This document shows positions 34,957 through 48,600 of a stretch of DNA of 64,000 bases, piece by piece; position 1 is the first letter of the stretch, and each line of letters starts with the position of its first letter. Origin of the DNA: Trichodelitschia bisporula. Taxonomy: Eukaryota. Location: NCBI GenBank assembly GCA_010356995.1, contig ML996697.1:616153-680152 (forward strand), in the 5' to 3' direction. The notes below the pieces were generated by a model. The model saw nothing but the letters and a program-made list of their open reading frames with translations. It ran no database searches and was not told where the DNA came from. The position numbers and the translations under genes are program-made.

Positions 34957-37900
34957 GGTATTCGTTGATCGGGATTATGTGAAGAAGATACCGAAGTGTG
35001 ATGAGATTACGCTGTGCTTGTTGATCTATTTTCACCGGGTCTCAAAGACAGGATTATATACTTCCCTTTCGAGGCACACCTCGAGATAATGGCCTCAGGG
35101 TTTCGTCAACGCCTCACCAATTCATGCCCAACCCATAATCTGCAACTAAACGTTGCAACAAGGTTTGACCAGAGTATTGTGGATAGCCTCATTCCCTCGC
35201 CTTACAAGGGTCCAGTGGCGTTCAGAAGCGCGGGTTGACCTGGACCCTGCGGTCTTCGAGCCGCAACGACTTTGGAAAACACCAGAGCTATGAGTATATT
35301 AAAGGTTGCCAGCTGGCTGCGTGCGAGGGATTAACAAAATTATTGCGCTCAGCTATTGCAACAACACGAGCAAACCCCACGAGACGCGGCGTCTTTCTTT
35401 CAGCAAAAGTGCGAAAAGAGTGTGACGAACTTCATGCGGGGATCATCGGGTTTGGTATGGTTCGAGCTTACAATGTAGATCTTGCCGATCATCTCCACTG
35501 GATATCAGGGTCTATCAACCTCATGAGAATGCAATTCAAGATTTTGAACACCACCTTCATGGCTGGCCATCACTTTGGATTGACGGTACTATATGCGTAC
35601 CTGCCCAACGATTTGATCCGGTCTGCCGTAGGAGGCTTAGTTCAGGCCGCACCGCACAATGTACAGGTACCTGCGGTCCGCTCCCCGACTTCAAAATTCC
35701 GCCTCATAGTTCAGTGGTGAGCAAGAGTTCAACAACACCTCTTCAAAGCGGTGCGTCCTTCGGTATTGTCCGTACCGGTGTACCCAGGGCACTGCTGGAT
35801 TTCGGCGAATCTGCCAGCGGCATACATTGCTTCCCCAGGCCGCACATAAAGTCGCCTTGCTTCGGCCCGCCTCGTTCCAACGCTCAATGTACAGTAGCTT
35901 CGCAAGTCTGGCCGTCGCTAGGTTCCCTCCAGGCTGCAAACTACAAATAAATCTCAGTTACCGACTTTGCCATCTCGCCAATCTGGTCGTCGGGATACTC
36001 GCCGTTTTCCACGCCCTTTCAGGTCCGTCTGTCCGGATTGCTGGTGCAGACTGCAGGCTTCGTATTCCTTCGCCCTAGGACTAAATGGCACAGTCGGTAG
36101 TGCTTTTGGCTAGCGAAGCGGCGAATGACTTCCTAGTACCTTTCAGTACCGTCGTGCTGTGCTGGATTACGCCCCATGGCCCATGCACGCACCTGTGAGG
36201 TGCTGTAGGATGTACGCCGTACAACATCACCGGAAAAGCTCTCGTTTGCAATCAACTCGGATTAAATTCAAACTTGCTCACTCTGATACCGAAGCTCTAG
36301 CGGAAGCTATGCATCGGACGATACTCGTGAAGTGGGGACACGGCACATGGTCGATGCCCGCCTCACTTCTCCCGGTGATCGACGTATCTACTTACCCAAA
36401 ATGTTAGAGCATATGGCATTCTACACTATGGCGAACTTTAACATGACGACGTTATTCCACAATCGCATCATGTCTGGCCTTGTCTTGCTCAGTACCTGGA
36501 TCCAGCCTCGCGTGCTGACGAGAACGGGTCAAACATAGGCTCTGATGGTCTTTGGAGCGTTTCAATGATTTCATTTGAGTGCAGTCCAGTATAAGGTAAG
36601 TTCCTGCCATAGATTGGTAAGGCCGTCCATCATTTATGGGCATATCAGCTGACTAGAACCCTCAACGATGACCGGAAGACCTCTCACGCACAAAAGCCTC
36701 TATTGGACTCTTTAATCCGACATTGATACCATTCCGATGGCATCTGCTCACTATTTCCTATCAGCCGACGGTATCTAGGCCGTTTCAGCACTGGCGCGGC
36801 TTCAGTCGTTCCCTAATAGATGAAACCCGAGCATCTGACGCCGCGCCTCACTTTTCCTTCTGCTCGGGAGCGAGAATCCTGGCTGGGAAATGAACTACAC
36901 TCTTCAAGGGATTCCCATGGAGCGCCGCAGTCGGGAGGCTTATGTCGAAACGTACGAAGGCGGAAACGGCGTCTCGCGCGCCTTCCATGTCGTGCGATAG
37001 AACCGCACGCCTCTTCCGTTGCGGACTAACCAGAGCTTCGGGGACGAGTAACCAAGTCTCTGGGAGGCGGGGGCTTGTGGTGAGCACCGACGACTGGACC
37101 ATTGCGGCAGTCATGCGTAACCAGAAGCTTATTTGGCGCTCCTGTGATGGCATAGTTGCTGTATCTTGCTCAGTGTGGAGACCGGATCACTGAAACTTCT
37201 AAGCCTTGGAGGGCGTGGTGCCATCCGGATGGTGACGTGTCCGAAGAAAGCGCGCCTTGAGCCTCACAATAGCATCACTTTTTGATGCCCAACAAAGAGG
37301 GCGTGATATCGGCATCTACTTCCAGATGACCGGTCTGGAGTGCCCTGCAAGTGGCCTGTGAGGCCGATCATGGCGGAAATCTGGAAGGACTCAGATTCTC
37401 TTCGTCGTTCGTTCATTCTGCCCCCTTTCTGCCTCCCCCCGTTCTGCTTGACTGTCTCCTCATGTCCTCGAAGGGTGGAATTCTCTTCCTACGGCGTCAG
37501 GACCATATTCCTCCCGCTGTCTTTGAGATCAGTGGTGGAGAAGAGCCTTCGACGAGCCTTCCGAGCGCGTCTGAGCATGCTCGGTCGCATTTAGAAGGAT
37601 AGCTGCTCAAAGGCTCCAGCAAATATCCGTGTTTCTTCCCCCTCCATAATGAATTACCCATTCCTTACCATTTTCAATGCTCTAACCCGTCGCATAGCGA
37701 CCGGATTCTAACCTTCATCACGAACACCGCAAACCCTTCAATCTCCCTCGAGACCGGCCTCACAGACCTTCCAACACCAGCCGTCACCGTGACCAGAACA
37801 TCGACCGCCATACCGCAAACACCAAACAATCGGCTCATCCCACGCAAGGACGCAAAGCCGCATCTCGTCTCCGTCCTCCCACTCACGTCTTTATAAGCCA

Positions 37901-39487
37901 AGCAAACACCAACCCTCCAAGTCCACGGGGCCCATGGCACCGCACGACGACAAGACTCCCAAACCGCGACGGTGAGCCATCCCAACGGTGAGCTCGTCCG
38001 AAATACGACGGTGACGAGGCTCACGTCCTACGTCCCACATTAAACACCACCCATCCGCTAGGCACGGCACCGTATCTATGGCACTCCAAAGCGCCACGCA
38101 CGCACCCGCGCTATCACACCGAGGCGGTGAAGTCACTCCGCCTACCTGCCGAAGTGGGATGTTGGTAGCCGCTCGGCGGGAGAGTGCCTTCGCGCGGAGA
38201 GATTGAGCGAGGGGACAGGAGGAGGGTGAAGGGCGGTTTCATATCTTTCCAGTCTGGATCGACCAACCGGTCACTCCGTATCCTCATCGAGCCGCGTTCC
38301 GGCATTGGTCCATCCATTCGAGTCATCACCGGCATCCCGGAATAACGCCCTCCTTGCCACGGGAGGCGACAACGCAAAACTAGGCAGACGTAGTGGCGAG
38401 TAACGAGACGAAGCACTCGGCCCACGAACCGGTGGTGAAACTTATGAAGGCGTATCCTTTCACATGTCAAATTCCCGACGCTGAAGACGGGCAACGAATC
38501 AGTAGTGAGTCTAACAAAGGCATTTCACAAATCCCCCCCTCGACATCCAGACAGCGGACCGTACTCCCTCCACAGCAATGACTAGACACCGAGCCGACGA
38601 GCACAATCTCCAGCTTAGCCACCCACCGCCTCGGCTAACGGCGGGATATCATAGAGTACCGGCCGTGATATCAAATTTCCATCCAACCCATCACGCCACA
38701 CAGCCCGCACCGCCACTCCCCACCGTACAAGCAAGTCACAAAGGTACAGGCACAAGTTCTCCCCCCCCACCACCCCAGTTTGTACCGGTACATACCGTAC
38801 TCCTCCCCTCATCTCCGTATGCCGCCGCCGGCTCCCATGTCCTCAGCACACCAATTCCAATATGTAATGCCGTAGAGGAATGACAGTATGCATTTGCGAA
38901 AACCGGCCGATGACCAGATGTCTTCGCAAATACCTCGCCGGCGGGCTCAGAAGCAATTGTTGCGAACTATATCCCGCAAGGCTGGCATGGCCGGCCTCCC
39001 CCATGCCGAACGCCCGACGTGGCGGATGTGGCGCTTCAGCCTCATTCACGTCATGAGTGTGCAAAGAAATTGCATGGGTGTGACTGCGCGACATTTGTAG
39101 AGAATATTTCTAAGACCGGCGGGAAGGAGAGGTCGGTGTGCAAATAGCGTAGATGTCATTACTATCACCAACTGTCACGCTTCCACCGGTACAATATCAA
39201 GCGGCCTCACGTCGCATCAGAGCACAAACTGAACACTCTGACATTGGCCAGCCTCCGGCCGACGTAGACACTACCGCTGCCTCATCGTTTAACAGTAGCC
39301 ACCCCAAATGCGTTTTCATATCCGTGTCATATCCCTCAGCCCAGAAGCACGCCGCCATCACGCCATGGCATGCCTTCATCTGCGCGGAAACCTCCGCATC
39401 CTGAGTGAATAGCCCCCAACTCCATTTTCCGACCGCCCTGGTCCCCTTGCGAATACGGCACAGAGCCCCCGGCGCCTAAGACACCGC

Positions 39488-40726
39488 TCACAAGTTCGCC
39501 TGCTCCGCCTCCCGCTCCACCTCGTACAGGAAGTCGAAGTAACCGCGGTCGAAGTGGTGCAGGCGCACGTAGCCGTCCTCACCGCCACTGGCATAGCTCT
39601 TCCCCTGAGGATCGACGGCAACGTAGTTGAGCGGGCCGAAGTGGCCACGCACGCGACCGATCTCCTCCTCGAAAATCTTGTGGTAGAAACGCGCCTCGAA
39701 CTTGCCCTGCCGCGCTGACGTCGTTGTCACGTCCATGGCTGCCTGTCCACCACCAAGAATCACGTAGTCCTTGACCGGGGTGATCGCGGCGCTGTTGAGC
39801 GGGGTATCGGCGACGTAGGTCTTGAGGACGCGAAGGTCATTGGCCGCAACGAGCTAGAGGAGTCAGCTACGTTTCTGAAAAAGATGAAACAAGTACCTTG
39901 GCAGTCTTATCCTTCGACGCTGTGATGAAGTACGTACGATCCGACGACCACTGGAGGTCGGTTATTTGCATGTCGTCTTCCTGGATCTGAGCTGAGTCGA
40001 GCAGCTCTCCAGTCTGCAGGGGCAGTTAGAGAAGTCGCCCAGAGACGTATGGAGAACGAACCTTGGCATCCCACTGCGTGACACTACCATCCTCGTGGCC
40101 AGAGATTATGTACTTTGACCCATAGCTAAATCCTGCGACGGTGGCTTTGCTATCTTCGCAAACGATGCGCAGAGAGTGCTCATCGGCCTGCTCTGCCTCG
40201 ACGTCGAGGACGATATCGTAAACTACAATGGTGCTAAGATGACCTTGACGACGCTCTGTCACACCGAGCAGCTGCGTGCCATCGGGTGAGAACTCGACAC
40301 GCTTGATGGCGGTGCCGAAGTCCCAAGTCTTGAGAAGCTTGCCTGTCTTCACATCCCACAGACGGATAGTGTTGTCGGCAGCACCGCTGGCGAGCAGAGT
40401 AGTTGTCGGGTCGACATCGACGGTCCACAGCGCGCCCTGATGTCCGTGATATGTGCCGAGGCGTTCACCGTTGGCGGCGTACCAGGCACAAATGATCTGA
40501 TCCTTGGAGACGGAGAAGATGATATCTCCATCCTTCGAGTACCTAGAGGATGCATGTTAGTGAGGCCCCACCTTTCGGTTGTAACGTGGGGTTCGTTTTG
40601 CGGCGGACGTACTTGACTTGTGTCAGAGCTCGGGTCTACATGAGGAAAAAAAGTGGTTAGCACATCGGGAAGCATCTAGCAGGTCTGGAGAGCACGTACG
40701 TGACCCGAGAGAAGTATGGGGCGCAT
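39488..40726 (-). CDS. TIF34: Translation initiation factor eIF3 subunit i (WD40)
   Basis: [73 protein letters not shown]. Introns 40636-40699, 40543-40612, ~40014-40061 and ~39854-39896. Confidence 0.95.
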
Positions 40727-41256
40727 GGTGATGTATTTGTTGTAGTTGGTCGGTGGGGCCCGTCGTGGGAATTTGAAGTGCTTTGCGGCCGCCGCCTAAA
40801 TTTCCGACAGGGTAGGGGAAGACCGCCAAGGTCAGGTGGAGAGGAGCTAGCGGAGTGGGGCGGAGCGGAGCGGAGCGGAGCGGAACTGAAGGTAAAAGTG
40901 ATGTCTTGGAATCTGAGAAAGGGACTGGCTTCAGTGCTTGCCGAAGCCGGCCAAAGCATGAGTCAAACTCGGCACACTCGTCGCCCTATTTCAACTCAAG
41001 CGTTTGCAGTTCTCTATCAGCGTGGCTTCCTCATACGTAGCACAGCACTTCTTCTCCGGTCTGCCGTCCCAGTAAAAAAAAAACCTCCAATTGCATCATG
41101 CAGAAAGCGAGACAAGCCAGTCGTTATAATTTTCTCAATTCCTTTCCTCCGTGACTGCAGTCATTATCTCTTCCAATCTCCATCAATCATATGATCCCCC
41201 CGTTCATCCATATCTAAAAGTACCCGGAAGGAAGCGACTGCTGCACGATATACCGA

Positions 41257-44200
41257 ATGGGTCTTTCATCCCTCTCCTTACCATCCCGCGCCTTCTCTTT
41301 ACGGGTTAAACCGCCGAGTCTTCGTATTGGTGTTACCCGCTATCCCTCCTCATCCTTCTGCCGACCCCTCCATTCGGTTCTCCGCACTCGCTGGCCCCGC
41401 ACCCCCCAAAGTGGACGTTCACAGTTGAAGGCGTCGTCGACTTTACGTTCCTCAAAAACCTACTCAACACTTCCGCCAGTTAAATCGAAGTCGACAGCCA
41501 CCATGTCGGCGGCACAGAAAATTGATGGCACGGCTATCGCCAAAGATATTCGTGAAAAGATTCACGCGCATATAGGGCAGAAACAGCAGACGAACCCCCG
41601 CTATAAGCCTTCGCTGGTCATCATCCAAGGTATGAAGTCTCCCGCTTTCTGCATGCACATGCTCTAACAATTCTACAGTTGGCGATCGCTCAGATTCTAG
41701 TATGTCTTGCCGAGGAAAAGAATAGGCCTCCTGTAACTAACCGTCCAGGCACCTATGTCCGCATGAAGCTGAAGGCAGCCGAGGAGGTATGTGGCGCTGC
41801 AGTTACCCTTTGATAAAGCCCTGACCAGCATCTAGGCCAACATCGCCTGCAAGCTAGAGCACTACCCCGAGAGTATATCCGAACCGGAACTGCTCCAACG
41901 CATCACGTCCTTTAATAATGACCCTTCCGTTCACGGCATCCTCGTGCAGCTTCCGCTCCCTAAGGCTATATCCGAACATGCAGTCACTAGTGCTGTGGCT
42001 GACGAAAAGGATGTCGATGGCTTCGGGGTCGCGAACATCGGCGAGTTGGCCAAGAAGGGTGGAAACCCGCTCTTCACTCCCTGCACGCCCAAGGGTGTCA
42101 TGATCTTGCTCCAGGAGGCAGGCGTCGACTTGAAGGGCAAGAATGCCGTAGTACTCGGCCGTAGTGACATCGTCGGGAGCCCCGTCAGCTACCTGCTCAA
42201 GAACGCCGATGCGACAGTCACTGTCGCCCACTCCAAGACTCAGAACCTTCCTGAGCTAATCAAGACTGCCGACGTCCTTGTAGCTGCCATTGGGAAGCCG
42301 AACTTCGTCAAGGGCGACTGGATCAAGCCCGGAGCCGTAGTCATTGATGTCGGTACAAACTACATCGAGGATGCGACAAAGAAGTCTGGCCAGCGTCTGG
42401 TCGGTGACGTCGACTACGAGTCTGCATCTCAGGTGGCTTCGCACATCACTCCCGTTCCCGGAGGCGTGGGTCCCATGACCGTAGCCATGCTGCTACAAAA
42501 CGTCGTCGAGTCGGCTGATTCGTACTTTGAGCGCCAGAAGACTCGCAAGATCACCCCTCTCCCACTCAAGCTGCAAACCCCTATCCCGTCCGATATCGCC
42601 ATCTCGCGCTCTCAGCACCCGAAGCCGATCACCAAGATCGCACAGGAGGTCGGAATTGCACCTCATGAGCTTGAGCCGTATGGCGCATATAAAGCCAAGG
42701 TTGATCTCAGTACCTACGCGCGCCTTGAGCACCGCACGAACGGCAAGTACGTCGTTGTTACTGGAATTACCCCGACACCCCTTGGCGAGGGTAAGTCTAC
42801 CACTACAATGGGTCTCAGTCAGGCACTTGCTGGCCACTTGGGCCGCATTTGCTTTGCCAATGTCCGCCAGCCTTCGCAGGGGCCGACTTTCGGCATCAAG
42901 GGCGGTGCTGCGGGCGGTGGTTACAGCCAGGTCATCCCCATGGACGAGTTCAACCTGCACTTGACCGGCGATATCCATGCCATCACGGCGGCCAACAACC
43001 TGCTCGCTGCGGCGCTGGAAACCCGCATGTTCCACGAAAACTCGCAAAAAGACGCAGCCCTCTACCGCCGCCTCGTGCCCACCAAGAACGGCAAGCGCGA
43101 ATTTTCCCCGATCATGTTCCGCCGCCTCAAGAAGCTCGGCATTGACAAGACGGACCCCAACTCCCTGACTGACGAGGAGATTCGCCGCTTCGCTCGCCTC
43201 GACGTTGACCCTGAGACGATCACCTGGCGCCGCGTGCTCGACGTCAATGACCGCCACCTCCGCGGCATTACCGTTGGCACGGCCGCAACTGAGAAGGGCC
43301 ACACCCGCGAGGCTGGCTTCGACATCAGCGTTGCGTCGGAATGCATGGCCGTCCTGGCACTCAGCACATCGCTGAACGACATGCGCGAGCGGCTCGGCCG
43401 CATGGTCGTTGCATCGTCTAAGGCCGGCGACCCAGTCACATGCGACGACCTCGGGTGCGGCGGCGCGCTCACAGCCCTGATGCGCGACGCCATCAAGCCA
43501 AATCTGATGCAAAGCCTCGAGGGCACACCGGTCTTCGTCCACGCCGGCCCCTTCGCCAATATCTCCATTGGCGCAAGCAGTATCCTGGCGGATAAACTAG
43601 CGCTCAAGCTTGCCGGCACCGAGCCCGACGAGGACGCGGCGGAGCGCGCTGGCTTCGTGGTCACTGAGGCCGGGTTCGACTTCACTATGGGCGGCGAGCG
43701 CTTCTTCAATATCAAGTGCCGTGCCTCAGGCCTCGTCCCCGACGTCGTGGTTGTTGTGGCGACGGTGCGCGCGCTCAAAGTGCACGGCGGTGGGCCAGAT
43801 ATCGCGCCGGGCGCGCAGCTTCACGCTGTGTATCGCACGGAGAATGTTGAACTGCTGCGCGCCGGCTGTGTTAACTTACGCAAGCACATTTCCAACGCGC
43901 GAACCTTCGGCGTTCCGGTCGTTGTGGCTATCAACCGCTTCCACACCGACACAGATGCTGAGATCGAGGTCGTGCGGCAGGAGGCGCTGGCTGCTGGTGC
44001 GCTGGACGCTATCCCCGCGAATCACTTCGCGGAAGGTGGTGCGGGCGCGGTAGATCTGGCGAAGGGTGTGATCCACGCAGCGGAGCAGCCGAAGCCGGAT
44101 TTCAAGCTCCTGTATGATCTGGAGGGCAGCGTGCAGGAGCGCATCGAGGCGATTGCTAAGCGCTTCTATGGCGCGGCGGCGGTGGAGTTCTCCTCGCTTG

Positions 44201-44524
44201 CGCAGCGCAAGGTGGATACGTATACGGCGCAGGGATTCGGGAATTTGCCGATTTGCATTGCGAAGACGCAGTACTCGCTGAGTCATGATCCGGCGCTTAA
44301 GGGTGCGCCGGAGGGGTTCACGGTGCCGATTCGCGATGTGAGGATGGCGGCGGGAGCGGGGTATTTGTGAGTTTTTAGTGTGTGGTTTTGTGGGCTGTGT
44401 GCTAATGATGTCTAGGTACGCGCTTGCGGCTGATATTCAGACGATTCCCGGGCTGCCTACTGCGCCGGGGTATCTCAATGTGGATGTTGACACGGAGACG
44501 GGGGAGATCGATGGGCTCTTTTAG
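41257..44524 (+). CDS. ADE3: Trifunctional C1-tetrahydrofolate synthase (Ade3/Mis1 type)
   Basis: [53 protein letters not shown], and FTHFS-domain [12 protein letters not shown] and [13 protein letters not shown]. Introns 41630-41678, 41700-41748, 41787-41835 and 44367-44415. Second ATG at 41503. Confidence 0.96.
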
Positions 44525-45626
44525 ATACCGTAGGGATGATCTGGGGATGCGATGGTGAGAAGCTTTGACATTTCAACATGCATATGGGACGACGTACATA
44601 TCCTCGTCCACAGGGCGTTCAGAGTGAAGGGTGTGGGAAAATGGGCTTCAACGCGGCGTATCTTGGGGCTTCGATATCCAAGGAATAATTCAACTGACAT
44701 TTGCTTTGATCTTTGCTTTGTGCATTGGACTCATGTTGGAGGTGGTGAAGTGGAGGCTGGATTCGGTTAGGGGGCCTCGCGTCTGTTTTGGGGGGTTTAG
44801 CTGCTCGAGATCCGTGATTATACTCTGGCAACATCTAGGCTGTACAAGCCCTCCTGTCATGCTCATTCCCCAACTTAGTGATAGTTACAAGGCAGATCGA
44901 AGAAATGCTACCCGCGCTGGGGGGCAATGCTGACGTGTAGTCCCAAAAAAGGAGGCATTCACGCCTCCGTCCGATCACGGGCTGGGGAAACATATCTAGG
45001 GCGTAGTGACCATTATTCAAGAGATACCCTGAGAATACCTTGAGCAGAGGTCCAAAAACCAAAAACATACAGCAGTAGGGATTCGCTGCTGGTCACCCAC
45101 GCAACTACTAGTCTACCGATTCACAGCTTAACTTCAGTGAGCAGACGGGGACTGGTGCTTTCTGTGATCTATGGCCGTATGTGCTGGACTGCAGCGAGGA
45201 CCCAATTATGATAGTCAGGTTTTTGGAAGGGCAGAAATACAGGGTCGCTCATGCTGGGAGATGTGAGGCTGACGGGGACTTGTGTCTGGAATGGAAAGCA
45301 CCTTTGAGCGATATGGAGATACTCTCAGGTGACTAGAGTGTCTGAAGTGGATCAATGTAATGAGTTTGTTTGTAGATTTTAACGTCCGCAGCTTGAGATA
45401 TAGAAATTCATAGCTTCATTGCTCGTGTTAAGAAAGAAGCTCCTGGGAGTGATGTCGGCGTGGTCGGGTGCTTTATTCAGGGCAAGAAGGCACCAACAAG
45501 GCAGCAAGAGCCCTAACCCTAATTGGGAAGTGGGCTGTGGCCCAAGTTTGTGGCTGACAACTCCACAACGCGACGCGCTTCATCGGCATCCCACTTCTCC
45601 ACCAACCACGCGTACCAGCCGCAACA

Positions 45627-48600
45627 ATGGGGAAGCTTCTACGTCTCGAGCTCTTCAGTAGGTCTGCCGCCGTTATCTACGCGCCGCTAATTCCCTAGAC
45701 TTCAAGTCGTACAAGGGCCACCATGTCCTGCTCTTCGGCGACAGCTACTTCACGTCCATCATCGGCCCCAATGGCTCGGGCAAATCGAACTCTATGGATG
45801 CGATCTCCTTCGTCCTCGGCATCAAGTCTTCACATCTGCGTTCTGCCCACTTGCGCGACCTTGTTTACCGTGGTCGCGTCCTGAAGCATTCTAAGATTAA
45901 TGCCGATGGTGACGCGGTCGAGGACACGAATGGCCACTCCAACGGGCATGCGGAGGGTGGAGAAGAAGAGGAGGACGACGATGACGACGCCGGGACACAG
46001 ACCCGCAGCCATCGTAGTGACCCAAATACCGCCTGGGTCATGGCCGTGTACGTGGACGACGGAGGCGACGAGCAAAAGTGGAAGCGCAGCATCACGAGCA
46101 ACGGCCAGAGCGAGTACCGCATCAACAACCGCGTCGTCTCAGCCAAGGAATATAACGAGGCGCTCGAGTTGGAAAACATCCTGATCAAGGCGCGCAACTT
46201 TCTCGTCTTCCAGGGCGACGTGGAGGCCATTGCTTCGCAGTCGCCGCGCGACCTGACGCGCCTTGTGGAGCAAATTTCTGGCAGCTTGGAGTATAAGGAG
46301 GAATATGAGCGGCTTAAGGCTGAGTCGGAGAAGGCGAACGAGGACCAGGCGTTCAAGCTCAATCAGCGCCGCGCGATGAACTCTGAGATCAAGCAGTACC
46401 AAGAGCAGAAGCGCGAGGCCGAGAACTACGAGCGCAAGGCTCTCGAGCGCGACGAGGCCATCGTAAAGCATGTGCTGTGGAAGCTCTACCATTTCCAGCG
46501 CGTCATGGAGGAGTCGGGTGCTGAGATTCAGAAGCACCAGGAGGATCTCAAGGAATTCCGCCGCGCACAGCAAAAGTCTGAGGAGAAGCTCGAGGCAGCT
46601 CGACGCGAACACGCAAAAGTGACGCGTGAGGTCGCCAAAGCCGAGACCGAGATCAAGCAGCAAGAGAAAGCCATTGAAGAGACTGAAAACAGCCTCGTCC
46701 CAGTGCAGGAAAAGCTGTCCATCTCGACCCACCGTCTCCAGACGTTCCAGAGCCGTATCGCCGAAGTCACAAAGGAACGCGATCAGCAGGCCAAGAGCGT
46801 CGAGCAGTTCAAGCGCGACCTTGCCACCGTGCAGAAGGCGCAGGCCCGCTGGGAAAAGGAGTTTCAAGAGGCGGCGCAGCAGGGCCGCGCCCTGAGCGCT
46901 GATGACTTTGCCGAGTACCAGAAGCTGCGCAGCGAGGTTAGCAAGCGTACGGCTGCCGACCAGATCAAGGTCGACAACCTGGCGCGCCAGCTGCGCACGG
47001 TGGAAGAGACGAATAACAGCCTGCGCAGTCGCGTTGACAGCTCGCGCGCCCTGGTGCAAAAGACAACCGCCGACATTGAGGAGTTGACGGAGCGGCTGAA
47101 GGAGGTCAAGCAGCAGCGCAAGGAGACGGAGCAGAGTATCAAGTCCAAGCGCGACGAGTTGAACACCTACTCGTCGAAGCGTGCCCGCGCTAATAACCGC
47201 CGCTCTGAGCTTGAAGAAAAGCTGCAGACGGTCATGATGAAGCTGATTGATGCGGACAGTGGGCGGCGTGAGACTGACCGTGAAGCTCGTGCGCGTGAAA
47301 CGGTGTCTGCCATGCGCCGTATCTTTCCGGGGGTTAAGGGGCGCTTCCACGAACTGTGTAAGCCGAAGCAGAAGAAGTTCGAGACAGCCGTTGGTATCGT
47401 GCTCGGGCGCCACTGGAACTCCGTCATCGTTGACTCGGAGAAAACGGCCAAGGACTGTATTCAGTACCTGAAAGACCAGCGCGTGGGGCAGACGACATTT
47501 ATCCCGCTCGATACGATCCAGGTCAAGGCTGTCAATCCGAATCTACGCGGCATGCACCGTGGCATGCGGCTCGCCATCGACACCATCGAGTACGAGAACT
47601 CGCTCGAGCGCGCCATCATGTACGCGTGCGGCAACGACATCATCTGCGACACCCTGACCATCGCGAAGCAGCTGTGCTTCGAGCAGGGCGTGGATTGCAC
47701 AGCAGTCACAATCGACGGTACTAAGATCCACAAGGGCGGCTTGATGACCGGTGGGCGCGGCGCCAACGACAAGCCGCGCCGCTTCGAAGACAAGGAAGTC
47801 GAGAACTTGCGCCAGCTGCGTGACGGGCTTCTTGCCGATCTGCAGCAGCTGGGCTCGCTGAACACGCATCGCCAGGCGTGGGAGGAGGAGACGCTGCAGA
47901 GCGAGCTTTCGGGCTTGGAGTTGAAGCTTACGGGTCTGAGGTCTGAGACGGAGAGCCTGGAGCGCAATATTAGTAGCAAGCGCGTTGAGTTGGATCATGC
48001 TCAGCGCGCGCTGCGGGATGCAGAGCCTAAGTTCCAGCAGCAGACTGCGTCGGTTACGAGTCTTACTGCCAACCTCAAGCAGTATCAAGATTCTGTCAGC
48101 ACCGCTGAGGACACTATATTCGCTGCGTTCTGCGAGCGTTTGGGCTACACGGATATCCGCGCGTACGAGGCGCAGCAAGGCTCGCGCCAGCAAGAGGAGC
48201 AGGCTAAGAAGCTGGAGTTTGCAACCCAGATCGCGAAGCTCGAGAATCAGCTCAAGTTCGAGACGGACCGGCTTCAGGAGACGCAGGACCGCATCACGCG
48301 TATCGAGGCGTCGGCCAAGCGCGACCAGGAGCTCGTTAAGACGCTGCAGGAGGAGCGCGAGGGTATCGATGCCGAACTCGAAGAGTTGGCCCAGCAGCTC
48401 GAACAGCTCCGCGAGAGCCTGAACGAACTGCAGGAGACCGCCAAGCAGAAGAATGAGAAGGTCAAGGAACAGCGCGCCGAGCTGCAGAAGCGCAATGCCA
48501 ACCTGCTTGAAAAGGACAAGGCTGTGGCGGAGCTTGAAGCTACGGTGCAGCGTGCGGGTGCTGGGCGTTACGCGTTGCTGCGCAGGTGTCGCATCGAAGA

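Noticed and set aside
40858..40884. (CGGAG)n pentamer run in the TIF34/ADE3 divergent promoter
   Set aside because: Only about 4 units; an ordinary microsatellite.
45510..45523. Telomeric repeat CCCTAACCCTAA upstream of SMC1
   Set aside because: Only two units and internal; at most a telobox-like promoter motif.
42493..48519. Long minus-strand ORFs opposite ADE3 and SMC1, and similar ones opposite SPT6, the giant gene and the EAF-domain gene
   Set aside because: Antisense shadows expected from GC-rich codon bias; no recognisable motifs.
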